The notes: generated by a model not told the origin, from the letters alone. DNA of 64,000 nucleotides from Utricularia gibba (GCA_002189035.1 CM007990.1:2790001-2854000); one strand, 5' to 3'. Numbered from the stretch's first letter, positions 13,001 through 26,000 are shown. Numbers and translations are program-made.

Positions 13001-14013
13001 TCGGTGTTCTTCATCAAAAGTTCAACTAACCTTTTCTCGAATCTAGCGTCTAGATTGACACCGACGCGGGTGGCTTTCTGCGCATCTCCTGGTATTAGTT
13101 GCACCGACTTGTACCCTACTGGTTCCATTGCTTGTCGAGGGGTTCCTTTTCTACCATCATTACTCTCGACTTCTTCGCGCAGGGGTCCCGACAAGAAGAT
13201 ACATAACAGGACCGGGCGGTGGGTTGGTCGATACCCATCGTGCAAATGCCCTTCGATGTTGGGAATTTGATTTTCAAATGCACAGTGGAGGGTAACATAC
13301 CGAATTGGTTGATGCCGAGTCGCCCGAGGATGATGTTGTACGAGATCTCTGAATCCAGGATTAAGAATTCCAACCTTTCGGTTCGGCTCCGCCCTGCCGC
13401 TCCGAATGTTACGGGCAGGGTTATTTTCCTGATAGTTTGCACGGCCCGCTGGTCGAATGCGTACAACTCCATGCGCACATGGCGAATATTTCCCTCGTTA
13501 GATGACGCCAGTAACTCGGCCACTTCTTTCTTCATGATGTTGCACGAGGATCCTTGATCGACAAGAATCCTCCTTACCTTGGTGCTCCCACATATTCCTG
13601 ACACCACCAAGGGCTCATCTCTCGCGGCTGGGCCAACCGGGTCATCTCTGCTGGAGAAGCTGATCTCTTCCTTTTCCCAAGCAGCTTTCTCAGTCGGATC
13701 ATTTCCGATTTCGAAAACTTCTTTTCTGACTTCATCCAAATATCTCTTCCGTTCCTTTCCGGACACATCCATCTCGGTTCCTCCGGATATCATATGGATT
13801 ACCCGAATATAGGGGGGACTACCCCGCATTTGATGGGCATTCCGTGAACTTTCCGATATGTCTTGTCCTTCTCCAAGATTCGGTTCCCTATTGGCTCGCG
13901 AGTTCGCCATCCCAGGTTTCGGAGGGAATTTCGGATATCGGTTCTCCTCGTTCCCCCTTCGCTCATTACGTTCTCTTTTTCGGTCCTTGAAGAGTGGAGT
14001 TGAGGGAGCAACT
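9968..14013 (-). pseudogene. pol of Tat element: PR, RT, RNase H, additional archaeal-type RNase H, integrase; several frameshifts and stops
   Basis: RILVDQGSS (PR); WRMCIDFTDLN, MPFGLKNAGATYQ, YVDDM (RT); HVDGS..NNVAEYEAL..YTDS (aRH); HEGECGSH..CKVCQ and VTDNGTQF (INT); EGPYRI near 10035. Confidence 0.93.
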
Positions 14014-14808
14014 GGAACCACAACGCTGCGTTTTGACCCTTTCTCGGACGATTTAGTCGGAGAAGAGCCCGAGAGAGGATTCAGGGTCCCGAACGGATTA
14101 CCCACGTATGACGGAAAAGGGGACCCCATATCGCATGTAACCGACTTCGATATGAAGATGTCCACAGTTCGACATTCGGAGGCCATGAAGTGTAAGCTGT
14201 TTGCTTGCTCGCTCCAGAAAGGAGCGAAAACTTGGTTTAAACAGTTGGAACCATGCAGCGTGGCCTCTTATCGGGAATTAATACTGCTCTTCACTACCCA
14301 ATACGCTGTTAACATTGAAGCTCCACCTTCGAAGGCATCATTATACTCTATTCGGTATGACCACCGAAAAGAGAGCTTGCGAAGATTCATCGATCGATTC
14401 AACTGCTTGGTGTAGGATGTCCAATTGGATTTAAAAGAAAGGGTGGAAATAATGAAGCAGGCCTTAGGAACGTCGAAATTGGGACAGAGCCTATCGAAGT
14501 CCCCACCAAAGAATCTCGGAGAATTGCTAAGGAAAATCATGAAGTACATCCGAGTGGATGACGACCTCAGGGCCGAGATGAAAACCCGCGTGGACATTCG
14601 TCCAGTCCCACAGCAGGAGACCCAACTTAACCGGGGCCCCAGGCCGAATAAGCGTCGTGAAGTATATCAGGTGGAACCAACCAGAACAGATGCCTACTGC
14701 GAAATACACAAGACCACCGGGCATGATACTGCCCACTGCCGACTGATGAAGAGGATGATCGAGTAGTATCATGCTGGTCGAGGGATGAACAACGCGATGC
14801 GGGGTTCC
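14014..14808 (+). pseudogene. Inverted gag core (Retrotrans_gag domain plus zinc knuckle) of the Tat element
   Basis: Plus-strand DPFSDDL..YDGKGDP..H..F..KCKLFACSL..AKTWF and YCEIHKTTGHDTAHC, opposite to the rest of gag-pol. Confidence 0.92.
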
Positions 14809-14819
14809 GCATCGCGACT

Positions 14820-15104
14820 TTAAAGGAAGTTGAACATTGTCTTTCTTGCTTCCTCCTCGGTTTTGGATTCAGTCTCCGTATCTGGGGGGTACTCCGGAAT
14901 AAGAGGTTGCTTCCCCGTTCGTGGTGCGGTTTCGGGTGTTCTCTCCTGGGTGTTGGAGTTGAGACCTGAAGGTGCCCGGAGGTCTGTAAGGATTTCCGTT
15001 AGCAGGGCCTTCAGTTGCTCCCTGCTAGTGATCATAAGGCCGGGATCTTGAGCGTCGGCACTTCCGTCATGAGCCGAGTCGGTGGCTATGCTATTTTCCG
15101 CCAT
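14820..15104 (-). pseudogene. gag N-terminus of Tat element
   Basis: First ATG ORF (94 aa) downstream of the PBS, ending at the inversion breakpoint. Confidence 0.6.
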
Positions 15105-15160
15105 GACTCGTGATTAGCGAGTGGCTCCTGTGGGTTTCTCAAATGGGACTGTGGAACGTA

Positions 15161-15178
15161 GCCCCACGGTGGGTGCCA
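15161..15178 (-). promoter_or_regulatory. Primer-binding site complementary to tRNA-Lys(CUU) 3' end
   Basis: TGGCACCCACCGTGGGGC, 4 nt after the 5' LTR CA; one mismatch to TGGCGCCCACCGTGGGGC. Confidence 0.85.
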
Positions 15179-15182
15179 AATA

Positions 15183-15571
15183 TGTTATGGGTGAAATCGG
15201 TATCCGGTGAGAGGCCAATTTTAGGTGATAGGCGCGGTCGGGAATGCCACACTTAGTCACCTTCTTCACGGCTAGTACGATTAAAATAAGAGTGCATAGG
15301 GATTTTTTTACATGGAAACCGCCGGAGAGCGGAAAAACCACGGAGCTGTCGGAGCTCGCCGAAAAAGAGTTTCACTAGGTGGAGGTCGCAAAAAAAGAGA
15401 ATACAATTTGAAGAAATCTTTTTTGAGTCCAACTCCTTTCTCGTCATAATTCTGTCTATTTATAGGAGAGCTCACTCTGACCGAATTCTAGTGTCTGCAA
15501 ACATCAGTTGCTTTCTGCTTCTGCTATACGATCTCGCTTTTCAGGTATCGGCCGCCTGTTATGCCGTAATT
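15183..15571 (-). repeat. 5' LTR of Tat element, missing ~143 bp at its outer end
   Basis: Ungapped alignment to 6724-7112 with 16 substitutions; homology stops after atgccgtaatt. Confidence 0.92.
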
Positions 15572-16468
15572 GGTGTGATAAAATTGGGTTTAAGCCTAAA
15601 GATTCTCTTAAGTGATAAAAGAGTCAAATCCGAGTGTAAAACCTAACCAAATTATCTTTACTTTATGTTTTCTATGCATTTTCGTTATTTTTTTTGCTCA
15701 TTCACCCCTGTAGTTTATTCATTTTAATTGTTGCTATTTTATATTCTATGTATATAAGACCTAAATCCTTAGAAACCCTCTTGTTTTCAGTAAATGTAAA
15801 GAATATTAAGAAATTGCAATCATTTCCTGTGAATTCGACTCTTGCTTGTTACACTAAATTAATTTCTATGATTTATGTAATAGAATAACTAGATTTATAT
15901 TTTTTTTATGCGTTGAACAACTAGACCATGATATTTAACAACAAATTCCGACATTCATCAGAGAATGAGTTGTTACATTTGGTATCAAAGTCAAACTTGA
16001 GCTTTTGTCAATGATGAGATGAAGAAGCATTCAACAAGGATACTGAGTATTTAAGAAAGGAAGAATGTAAGTCTAGGAGTTTGGTTACTGTTCATACATT
16101 AGTTACGGATGGAGAAATATACATGCTTTAATAAAAGTACCTTGTTAATTTTATATGAAGATTTTTTTCCGAAAGAGAAAAATGTAAATCGTGAGAGTTG
16201 GGTATGGGAAGTGAATAATGTCATGTTAGATGAGGGAATTTAAGCCTACAATAATCCAATATTATTGTATAAAATATGTACGTACCATTAATAAGTAAAA
16301 AATATATATATACTATCTAATAAAACAAAATAATGACATAAAAATTGTTTTATGACTAATGGTACGCCTAGGTTTGGAGATGCCCTCAGAGGATCTTCCC
16401 TTGCTCGGAGACTCAATAGCATTCTGCTGAAACGTACAACATATTTTCCTTTCTAACATCTCCAGATC

Positions 16469-19349
16469 ATGGATTCTGAAGGCATCCAGTATTCTTCAGC
16501 TACATGCAAGCGGAAGTCATCATCGGCTGTGGAAAATATTGGGGAAGATGCCCTCTCTATGATTTTCGCTCTTCTCGACCTCACCCATTTCGTCCGCTGC
16601 TCCGCTGTCTGCAAGTCTTGGTACTTTTTCTCGTTTCTATTAGTTACTGCTCACCCTTACCATCTTTATTCTGAAAATGGTTAGTAAACGGAGAAGGGGT
16701 CAAACGTTGACGGAATGTAAGATCCTGAATGTTGAATGAGTGATTCAATTTCCTTTCAAAAATTTTTAGGGTTAGTGAGTTGGTGTGATCGTTTATACTT
16801 TAGGTGCTCTGTTGTGAAAAAAATGAAGTATATGCGAGTACAGAATCTCAGTCTACTCCACAGCAATGAATCCATTACCCCGCAAGATGGAGCTTCTTCT
16901 TCGGATACATTTCTAGATTATCAGCTGGAACAGTGGGCGGTGAAACAACACCGTTCGTGTTTGCACGACGGTCATGCCAATGTTTTTCAGTGGAAAGGTC
17001 ACGCGGTAGGGTAAATCACCATTTTCGCCCTCGCCTTTCTAATTTTGTATGTAAACTTGCACTCCTTTGGTTTGCTAATGCTGGTGCATAATTGTCAGTA
17101 CAATATTTCATCACTTGGTTTCTTGTCAGGGTCAACAAGTGTAGAATGAAGGCAGGCCTGATTCTGACTGGTGTTGGTGATAAGGTAGAATAACATAATG
17201 TTCAACACTTTGCAGGCTTGCTGCCATTTATGCCAAAAATGATTTTAATCCCGCCCACCATGCCTATGATACTGTACATGTCCAAATAGCGCATTGTATT
17301 TCTCAAAATGCCAGGCAATGCATCTTTGGTCTGCGGAGAACTGCAAAAGACTGGACAGTTACTATTTACCTGACAAGATGCCATTAGTTGACTTCAACTT
17401 TGATGAGTCAAAGGTAATGTTGATATCTTTTTTCGAGTTTTCATCTATCTGGAGAAGCTGTTTCTTCATGTATCATATTATGGGTTCTGCTATAATTCAT
17501 TTATTGTAAGTTTGTCATACCCTGAGTTATTTTTGGATGTAAAACGTAATCTATCATGTCTCATAGAGTAAATGTATTGTTTCAAGATGGACCATTTTAT
17601 GTTGTCTTGCTAAACGAATCATCTCAAAGGCATTTCTCATCCGTGGTTTCTTTAAAGGTTGTTGGTCTGGTGGGGACACGTATATGCATATGGAAGCGTA
17701 TTGGGTCTAGAGATCTGTTTTGTTCACGTGATGGTTTATTCACCAAGGGGTTATGTATGTGGTAGGTCATAACCATTTCTACTTTGAGTGCAATGTTATG
17801 GCTTCCTGCATTGAGTTATATATATTTCAAGGTTTCAGCAAAATATATATCTCATGTGTTATTTTTTTTCAGGTTAATTTTCTTTCTATATTGCAAAACT
17901 GATTGGTGACATGACATCATTTTTATTTGTGATCGATGAGCTATTCAATAAAGGCAACTTCCATTCATTGACGTATCATAATCCAAAATTTATTTTTTCT
18001 GCTGAGAGACCAAGCATGCACATGTGATGCGATAGTCTAAGAATCCACAAAGATGATGGTTATGTTAAGTTGAACTTATAATTAATAATGACATATTATC
18101 TTCTTAAATATTCTGAGTATCCTTGGGAGCCCTATTCAAAATATCTTGTGGAGAAGTTTTCATTATTGTTTATGCACTTCATGCAGTTTTGCAGACCCAC
18201 ATGCTGTAGTTGGCTGTGATGATGGGAAAGTTCGTGTTTTTGACATGTACAGCCGGAAGATCTCACTTATAGTAAAGTATGTTTCTTTCATCAAGTCCAT
18301 AGATACTATTGCTGATTGCTTGCGTGTGTAGTGTAATTAATCGTCATAGTTATGTGATTCTTATTATGATTTACTGAAACTTAATGCACCATTATAGTTG
18401 TCTTAAGCTCTGAAGTGCTGCATCTCTTTGTTTTGGAGGTTTCATTCAGCGAAATACTGTATCTAGCTCACTACTATGATATATTTTTCTCTATTTTTTT
18501 TCTGTTTTCTTACAGGATGCATTCATATTCAGTATCTTGCTTAGCAATGACAGATGATCAATTGATTGTTAGTGGCTCATCAAGTGGCACCATTTCTTTA
18601 TCAGATCTTTCAACAGACCAGATGGTGAACTCCCTGGATACTCGTGATTCTGCAGGTTAGTGACACCATTAGCTTGTCGCAGTCTTTTTTTTTTTTTTTT
18701 GAGGCACAAACAAAACTGGTTTTCAGGATGAAGAATTTATTTTTCTTGAGATTTTTTAAACTCTCTGGGATCATAAATATTGTGACGCAGGTATAAAAAC
18801 GCTGTGTTACAACCCAAGATCTTATTCGCTATTTACTGGTTCAAATTCAGGTTTCGCATCATGCTGGGATTTAAGGTATGAAGGGGCCTGAAAAGTGCAT
18901 CACCTTTTGTAAATGCCTAATCTAGCTTGTGCTTCCAACCATTGTATTCATGTGGCCTCTTATTGAACTCCATCCAATGAAACTGATTTGGCTTGAACAG
19001 AAAACTGCGTAGAGTATGGACCAATAGGATTAGCCCCAATATGCTTCACTGTGTACAGCACCTAAGGAACGATACATCAACTTTGGCTGTTGGTGGAATA
19101 GATGGAGTGCTGCGGATCCTTGATCAGGAAACAGGTGAAGTGTTGTCAAGGTATGTCATGCAACACAAAACCAATATAAACCGAGACACAGAAAGAAAAA
19201 AGACTGCTGTGAAGCTTTCAGAAGATGATCGTATTGATCTGATTCCAAGTCGCCCCCCTATAACAAGCCTAGCTGTGGGGATGCGGAAAATTGTTAGTGT
19301 TCATGGTGATAGACAACTGAGACTATGGATGTTTAGGAACAAATCATAA
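16469..19349 (+). CDS. F-box/WD40-repeat protein (At3g52030-like), 9 exons, 426 aa
   Basis: Exons 16469-16620, 16804-17010, 17130-17184, 17315-17413, 17658-17761, 18187-18276, 18516-18655, 18791-18875, 19001-19349, all GT-AG, total 1281 nt in frame; F-box (IGEDALSMIFALL..VRCSAVCKSW) and WD repeats (VVGCDDGKVRVFD, AVGGIDGVLRILD). Confidence 0.92.
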
Positions 19350-19529
19350 AGCGTTTCTCATTTGCATTGGGAGCTCCTGTCTTATTTGTCAACTTTTCCT
19401 TGAGAGAGTCATCTTTCGGTGCATGTGTTGTCATATATTTATCAGTTCTCATTACCAAGTTGATGCAAGTTTCAGAATGAGATTATTATAGAAAAGGAAA
19501 TTTAATTCCTTATCATCCTTCTGAAATAA

Positions 19530-21960
19530 TGATAAATCCCACGGGCTTGATAGAAAGAAGGAAATCAGTAAGTCTTCATGCCTAATAAGAGGTACTCACT
19601 CAATCAAGGGATACGCTTGATAACAGATTTTCCTAACGAGAGATATCTACTCGATGAAGGAAACTCTCACAATCCTCTTGGTCGACAAGGAGCAAGCTTG
19701 ATGCACTTATGGGCTACTCGGGATGATGTTTGACTAACAATCTTTCTAGAAATGGGTTTGCATCCATGGGATATGGCAAAGGTAGTTAGGCAAAAGAAGA
19801 AGAGGTCTAACAGTGCAGCAGAGTATTGGGTAGGTATTCAAGGTAGAGAATGTAGCAAGCAAGATCAGTTTCTAGTTGAAGAGTCAAGGGAGAAGAAATC
19901 TCATTAAGCCCCGCCCTATCTCTTCATAGAGGCATTTGTTTTTATAGTGTATAGAGCATGATGAAATGTGATATTCAAGTAGTCATGCATTAAGAAAATT
20001 TACTCAATAAAAAAAATTATAAATTCAACAAGCAACCTAAAAATATTCACTAAAAAAAATATCTTAGTGACAGGTCTAGAGAGAGTAATAGGTCTTTAGC
20101 TATATGCTTAACGCATAAGAAAGCTTAAGAAACAGTTTTGATAGCGGCACAAGGGAATGACAAGGTTTTAATGAGGGAATTTACATCAAGATTAAGGGAT
20201 ATTCGGGAATCTCAACATGACAAGCCTTTTAGGCTCTATGGAGGACAGACCTTCTTGGAAAACACCGTAAAAAACCTAGAGGCAAAGCTGGGTCCGATAA
20301 GTTATCAAAGACTATAATGAAGCCTGGGACATCCTTTGTTGCCAAATAGGAAAAAGTTTCATTCTAACGAATTCCATTGAGGCGATGACAATTAATTTTT
20401 ATTAAAAGAAATCCCACCAAAGAAATTCAGACCGGTTAGCTGAAAAAGGAAATCCCACCAACTATCAAAAGGTGGACATGTATGTAAGGAGGAAAGGGAA
20501 GAGATATTAAAGACTTCTGACCATTTTTTTAAAGCTAGGACCCTTAGAATGTGGAAGACAGAAAGCAAACGAAATTAAGCTACAATAGTAGAATTTCTGC
20601 CTAGTTTTGAAAAATGTTTGTGTTCATTTTAAACTGATGCTGAGTAAACTCTTTTCCTAGTGTGAGAGCACCTTCGGTTTTCTTCATTTTTCGTTTCACT
20701 ATTTCCTTATTCTTTCTTTGATTTCCTGTTCTCTAGCACAGTTATTGTTACGATCTACAAAAACAAGAACATTTCAAACCCGGTAGCTAATAGGCTGATT
20801 TATAGTTTTCAAAAATAAAGCAGCAGTAAAAACTGTCGAACTAGGATTTTGACTAAGCTACATTCACTCTTTCAACAGATTATACCCATAAGAAACCTTA
20901 TTTCAACAATTCAAGCTTGTAAAAACCAAGTGAATGTAGACATACTAAAAAATAAATTTTCTCAAATAAAGAGTGAACAACATCGGCACAACAAACATTC
21001 GATTTTAGAAAAATAAAAGTAAGCATAGTTCAAAATAAAGAAAAAAAGAAGAAGAAGAAAAATGTAAACTTACCTAATTCAAGTTCTTCCACTTCCTTTA
21101 TTCCCATGGTAAAGGACCTATTCTTGGATCATAAAATGCTCACACGGCAGATTTACACGCACCAAGAAGTTGATGCCAAGAGGGTTAAGGAACTAGTGGC
21201 TAAACAGGAAGCTATCCAAAACCATTGCCAGCACACTCTAGTAGAGGGTAGAGAGCCTCTCAAGAATTGCTCACTGTATGATGACACTGCATTTAGAGTC
21301 TACCCTCAATGGATGAACCTACTGAAATAGGGCATGGAAGCCTATTACAGAGGGAGAAAAGTTGCTCATCAGCATGTATACCTACAACCCTTTTCTTCCT
21401 CTAAGTCATTGGTAATGTTCCTAGATTCATTTATTGAGCTTTCAAGGGGCTCCCCTGATTCAATGGCATCGATGATCCTGACTAGTATTTCAGTTTGTTC
21501 GACATTTAGATGAGCTCAGCACTAATGAACGATGGATGAGGTGCTGATTATTTACAAATGTACTTGCTATGTCGAGAAGTTCTCAACATTTGGGTAAGCT
21601 GGGTGCATGCAAGTTCTATAAGTTCCTTTGCACCACCTCATAAAACACTGACGAGTGTATTCTTTCCACCATGAATTTAGAATAGTTGTTGATTAGAGGG
21701 TACTCAACAATTCCCAAGGTTAGGTGAACATCTCAAGGAACCAAGGGAAGGAATGAAGGATGATGACCTCCCAAAGTTCCCTAGCATAAAGCATCTATCA
21801 AGGATTGCGTCTCTAAGAAGAAGCATTCAAATGGTGAAGGTTTTTCCAACCACCCGGATTGGAAGGAGCAGAACAAGATGATTGATGAGCCACCTATTGA
21901 CACTATGAGTGTCACTCGGGTGCCCTCATACCATGGAAAAATCATTTGCATGGAATGCAC
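19530..21960 (+). mobile_element. Degraded gypsy (Tat-like) LTR fragments and gag relic
   Basis: LTR-like composition at 19.5-20.8 kb; near 21610-21720 CKFYKFLCTTS*NTDECILSTMNLE*LLIRG resembles a gag knuckle plus the LK..IE.LI..G motif; no termini resolved. Confidence 0.35.
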
Positions 21961-22149
21961 CAAATAGGTTTTAATTATCCTCTCCATTTTTATTACTTCT
22001 GAGCATTACCTGTTTTGGGGTTGTGACCTGCATTATGTGTTTCAGGGATGTGACACCCCCCCCCCTCCTTGTCTGTTTCAAGTTCATGTCTCCATTCTAT
22101 TCAAGGATTGTACCCCATATGTAATTATTATGTCAGGTCATGCATGTTG

Positions 22150-23080
22150 TGTTAGTGAATGTGTTCTATAAATAATAACTTATTGGAAAATCTCATTTTT
22201 TGATATTTTATTTTGAATAATGATTAAATCTATATTAATGATAAAATACTCTAATTGATCTATGTGATGTAGAAATTATGATCATATCATAATGTGAGAT
22301 TCTTCAAACATTTATTTTCAAGTTTAAAATTCTTTAACTAAAGTATTTGTGAAATGAGGATATCACAAATATGGATAAACTATTGAGTTCTCTAAATTAT
22401 TTAGATAATAGTTCTTACAATTGATGTAGTGAGATTACTAGAATCAATGCGTGAATGTTGATTAGGGAATCGATTCATTGCATAACTTGTCTTTAAAATA
22501 CTATTATGGGAAGCTAACCAAGTATCACTAGAAAGATTTAGAATATCATAGTCATGCAAGTAAGTTGAAACTTGAACTCAACAAAGTTATCTTTATCTTA
22601 ACCTTGCATTTTTGCTCATTACTAATAGTAGTTTAACCATGACTTGCTTAGTACGGATGAGAAGGGATGCAATTTTTCAAAGTTGAAGATAGTTGATTGA
22701 TCATTAAAGAATTCATCATTCATGATGACTTTGAGATGTTATCTTGAGTAATGACATCAAACCTAGCAATAATTCTTGAGCCCAGGTTAATGATACTTGA
22801 AGAGTTTGAGTAAGCCATTTAATGTTAGTGTTTAAATGCCATTATAAGTTCAATACATTATAAAAACATGTACTCATATTTTAGTATCAAATGAGATATT
22901 GTATGGTGGGTGGTCGTAAGAAGGTAAAAATCAGTTCACTCGATTATTTTTACATTTTGGAGATTATGATATGTTGCTAAACATCACTCATGATCAATAA
23001 TAACTAGTCACATTTGTAATAAGCTTGTAAAGTATCTCTAGTTATACACTATAGTCACATGATGTTTAGATATACACGCT
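22150..23080 (+). mobile_element. Truncated long copia-type LTR (same family as 47963-49477)
   Basis: Aligns with 47963-~48930 (e.g. gtatttgtgaaatgaggatatcacaaata, caacaaagttatct); interrupted at 23081 by an Athila-type LTR. Confidence 0.75.
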
Positions 23081-26000
23081 TGATAAACAGAAATTTTAGC
23101 ATATCGTTGCAAATAAAGCAAACCTCCGTATCAAATAAATTTATAAACCCTAATCTACACAAAATACAAATTTAGAAAACTTTTATAGTAGATATTGGGG
23201 TCGATCATGAAGAGCTTGTACTTGTAAGTGTTTTAGGAAATGCATAATTTGGGCTAATAGTAGTCTTACTTTAAGCTCGAATCAACAGTGGTAAACAAGT
23301 CCAGTAAACGAGATCAGTAAACAATATCAAGTCTCAACGCTAAAGGTAACAAGTACTGGTTCTAACTTAGAATAATAGGAAGATGTCTCAAGGATTGTAG
23401 GTGGTGTTATGCTAAGGTTCCTAATTTAATTTATTATGTTCATACACTCACAACTTCAAATAACCCAAGTCTACCCAGGTCATTCATCATATTTTCGGCT
23501 AAGCTAGTCCCCAATATCATAACCAATATTGCAATTAGGTCTATCCGCATGCAAAGCATATAGAACTAGTTCTACCCGATTCTACTGGTTCTACCCCAGA
23601 CTAACACCTACTGCTCCCGCCTTGATTTGTTGGTCTACTTCTAAATCAAGCATCTAAGTTGTGAAGCTACTTATTCCCCCCTTAGGTCTACCCATGGTTT
23701 GATAGAAATAAGAGTTAAGGAACCAACATAAACTTCATTATTAACCCTAAGCACACATCACCATACTTCACCCTAAGGCATCCCTAAAACTTTAGACATA
23801 AAAGAACACATTTATCTAACCTAAAGCACAATAAAATATAACTATTTTGTATTATAAAATTCAGGGAAAATGTGTGTCATCACACTATGCTACAACGACA
23901 CGAGACTTCTCCCCAAGTCCTAGCTAAGACTAACATAAAACTAACTTCGTCAGCGCCAATGATAAACATAAACAACTCTGATAAAATTCGGATGCATGAA
24001 TTGTATGAGTGCTAGTGTGAATGTCATATTATCACTCAAATGTGCATGAATGGATTCCTCTTGGGGAGTGTTTTCGAAAATTACTTCCTCAAGTTGATTC
24101 GTTCAAAACCGCTTAGGACTATGGTTGCCAACTCTTTTCTTTCTCTCTTTTTTTTCTTTTTTTTCGATAGTGAAGGGCAGCTTGTTCTGAATTGATAAGG
24201 GTATAATGTCATGGCCTTTCTCGTGAAAGAGTGTTTGCCAAGCACTCAAACCTTATACCTCAGGGCCTCCTCCAACTCCTCCGGATCAATCCATCCCTTT
24301 GCGCCCATTTACTACTTATTGAGTCCGCACATGCTGTTTTATTATGTGTTGTTTTTCATGATTTTAATCTCATCATTTTTTTGATGTTGCTTTTCTCTTT
24401 TTTTTTTCTTTTTTTTTAAGTTGGCAAATTGTCTCAAAACGATTATGAAATCTATCAACTCAAGTGAAACTAATCTAGATCACACTTCCTAGGTTCCTTT
24501 AATCATGCACATGCTCTCATAAAATTGAAGGTAAAGCATGCTCCCAAGAATATAAAAGGCATAGAAAGCTCATACATCCAAATCATCTCAGAATTGCAAT
24601 GTTCAATCATGTGGCCATTTGAAGTAGTTCATTGACGGGAAACAAAACAGGCAAGCAAGTATTCGATTATTCCTAACACAGACTAACATACACATATACG
24701 AACAACATCCTAAGGAAAAGTAAAACTAAAAATAAAAATAAAAATAAAATAAAGCTACACAAATAAGCTCAGCAACATGTTACTTGTTCAGGGAGGAGTC
24801 TATCACTCCCTGTTTCAGTTCTTGCACTTCACGAATTAAATCAGACATTTTCTCACTCAAATCTTTTGATCATTTCTGGGCAGCAGCATCCCTTGCTGTT
24901 GTGCTTGGAGATTGCAGGAGCAGGGGCATTTGTGTTGCATTCTCCAGCGACAGAATTTCCGCATAAACCTGCCAAAGATCTAAAAACAAACCCACTCCTT
25001 TGAGCTTTAATTAGTCCCGCAACTTTCAAGAAATAAGCATCTAAAGGAATTGTCTTAGATTCAACATGGAAATATTCTAATTCAGACAGTTTTTCAGGGC
25101 ATAAAGTGTGAGCAAGATGCGTGATAATGTTTCCAAAACTCAAGTGTTGAATTTTCGTGCGTCTATAGTCTCTAGTCATTTGTTCAGCAATCATAGCACC
25201 TAAGTTTAGAGAGCGTTTGTTCATAATACACCACATGACAAATAATTCACGCTTATAAAGGGAATTAAATCCTATTGTTCGTTCAAAAAGGGTTGTGATA
25301 ACAACGATATGAGCATAACGCATAACCGGATCAACAAACAAGTCTGTCTTAGTCCATTTTGCCTTAAATTCTATAATATGCTGATCAGTCAAAATCGCAT
25401 AAATTTCCTCAGCATCAAATTCCTCAGGATAATGAAAAAGGGATGCAGCAAACTCATGAGAATCTACATCATGTTCTGAACAAAATCCTAGAGCTACGTT
25501 CCATTCAGCCAATGAAAAAGAAAATTCAACCCCCATTAACCGAAAAGAGCTAGCAGCAGGATCTAGCACAGTTTCAGGGATTTCATACACAAAAGTGGCA
25601 GCAAATTCATAAGATAGTTCAATGTACCCAGGAAATTTCATTTCAAATAAATTCATGAATGTTGTCCCTTCAAACAGGGAAGAAATTCTATCAGCAATTC
25701 CTAATTCTACCAGAATATCGTGATCAATATGACAACAGGGTGTTACCTTTGCACCCTTTACCTCACCGTACCGATCAGTGTGCATTTCCTTTGTGAAGGT
25801 CAGGTACCGAGTGTTCAACATGTCTGCATAGTGCTTGAAATACAGTATCCCCTTGCGCGTCATTTGCCTCTGGAATTTCTCCTTTTCTTGTGCAAACTTC
25901 CCTGATTTCACATACAGAGGCACCAATTTAGGTAAAAATTTATTTCTTTTAATGGTACCTTCATTTTCCTTTTCTGTTGTGCTTCCGAACGATTGCTCCT

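Larger units (their letters stand above)
6724..15571 (-). mobile_element. Near full-length Ty3/gypsy Tat (Retand-like) LTR retrotransposon, rearranged and non-autonomous
   Basis: 3' LTR 6724-7255, truncated 5' LTR 15183-15571, tRNA-Lys PBS, PPT, and domain order gag-PR-RT-RH-aRH-INT with an antisense ORF downstream of INT. Confidence 0.95.
6174..15960 (+). mobile_element. Older LTR (family B) split by the Tat element: 6174-6723 plus 15572-~15960
   Basis: 6174-6720 aligns with 46543-47070; joining ...ctttgaatg (6723) to tgataaaattgggtttaagc (15576) reproduces tttgaatgtgttaaagctggatttaagc of the 47270 copy. Confidence 0.7.

Noticed and set aside
13858-14013. N-terminal part of the 185-aa plus-strand ORF, and 14014-14186 of the 356-aa minus-strand ORF
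   Set aside because: Antisense read-through across the inversion breakpoint, so neither ORF is a real full-length protein
15161-15178. tRNA-Lys-like sequence as a tRNA gene
   Set aside because: Only the 18-nt 3' end is present, adjacent to an LTR; it is a PBS
15972-15992. ttaca-tt-TGGTATCAAAG as a tRNA-Met PBS making LTR-B a shared LTR of a tandem element
   Set aside because: Short and mismatched, no gag follows, and TGAT/ATCA-type LTRs do not normally pair with a Met PBS
16281-16366. 10-bp inverted repeat (cgtaccatta/taatggtacg) in the F-box promoter
   Set aside because: No matching TSD and an AT-rich interior; too weak to call a MITE
23870-23900. Apparent absence of a polypurine tract at the Athila LTR junction (also at ~63023)
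   Set aside because: The LTR boundary is not securely defined and both copies are degraded
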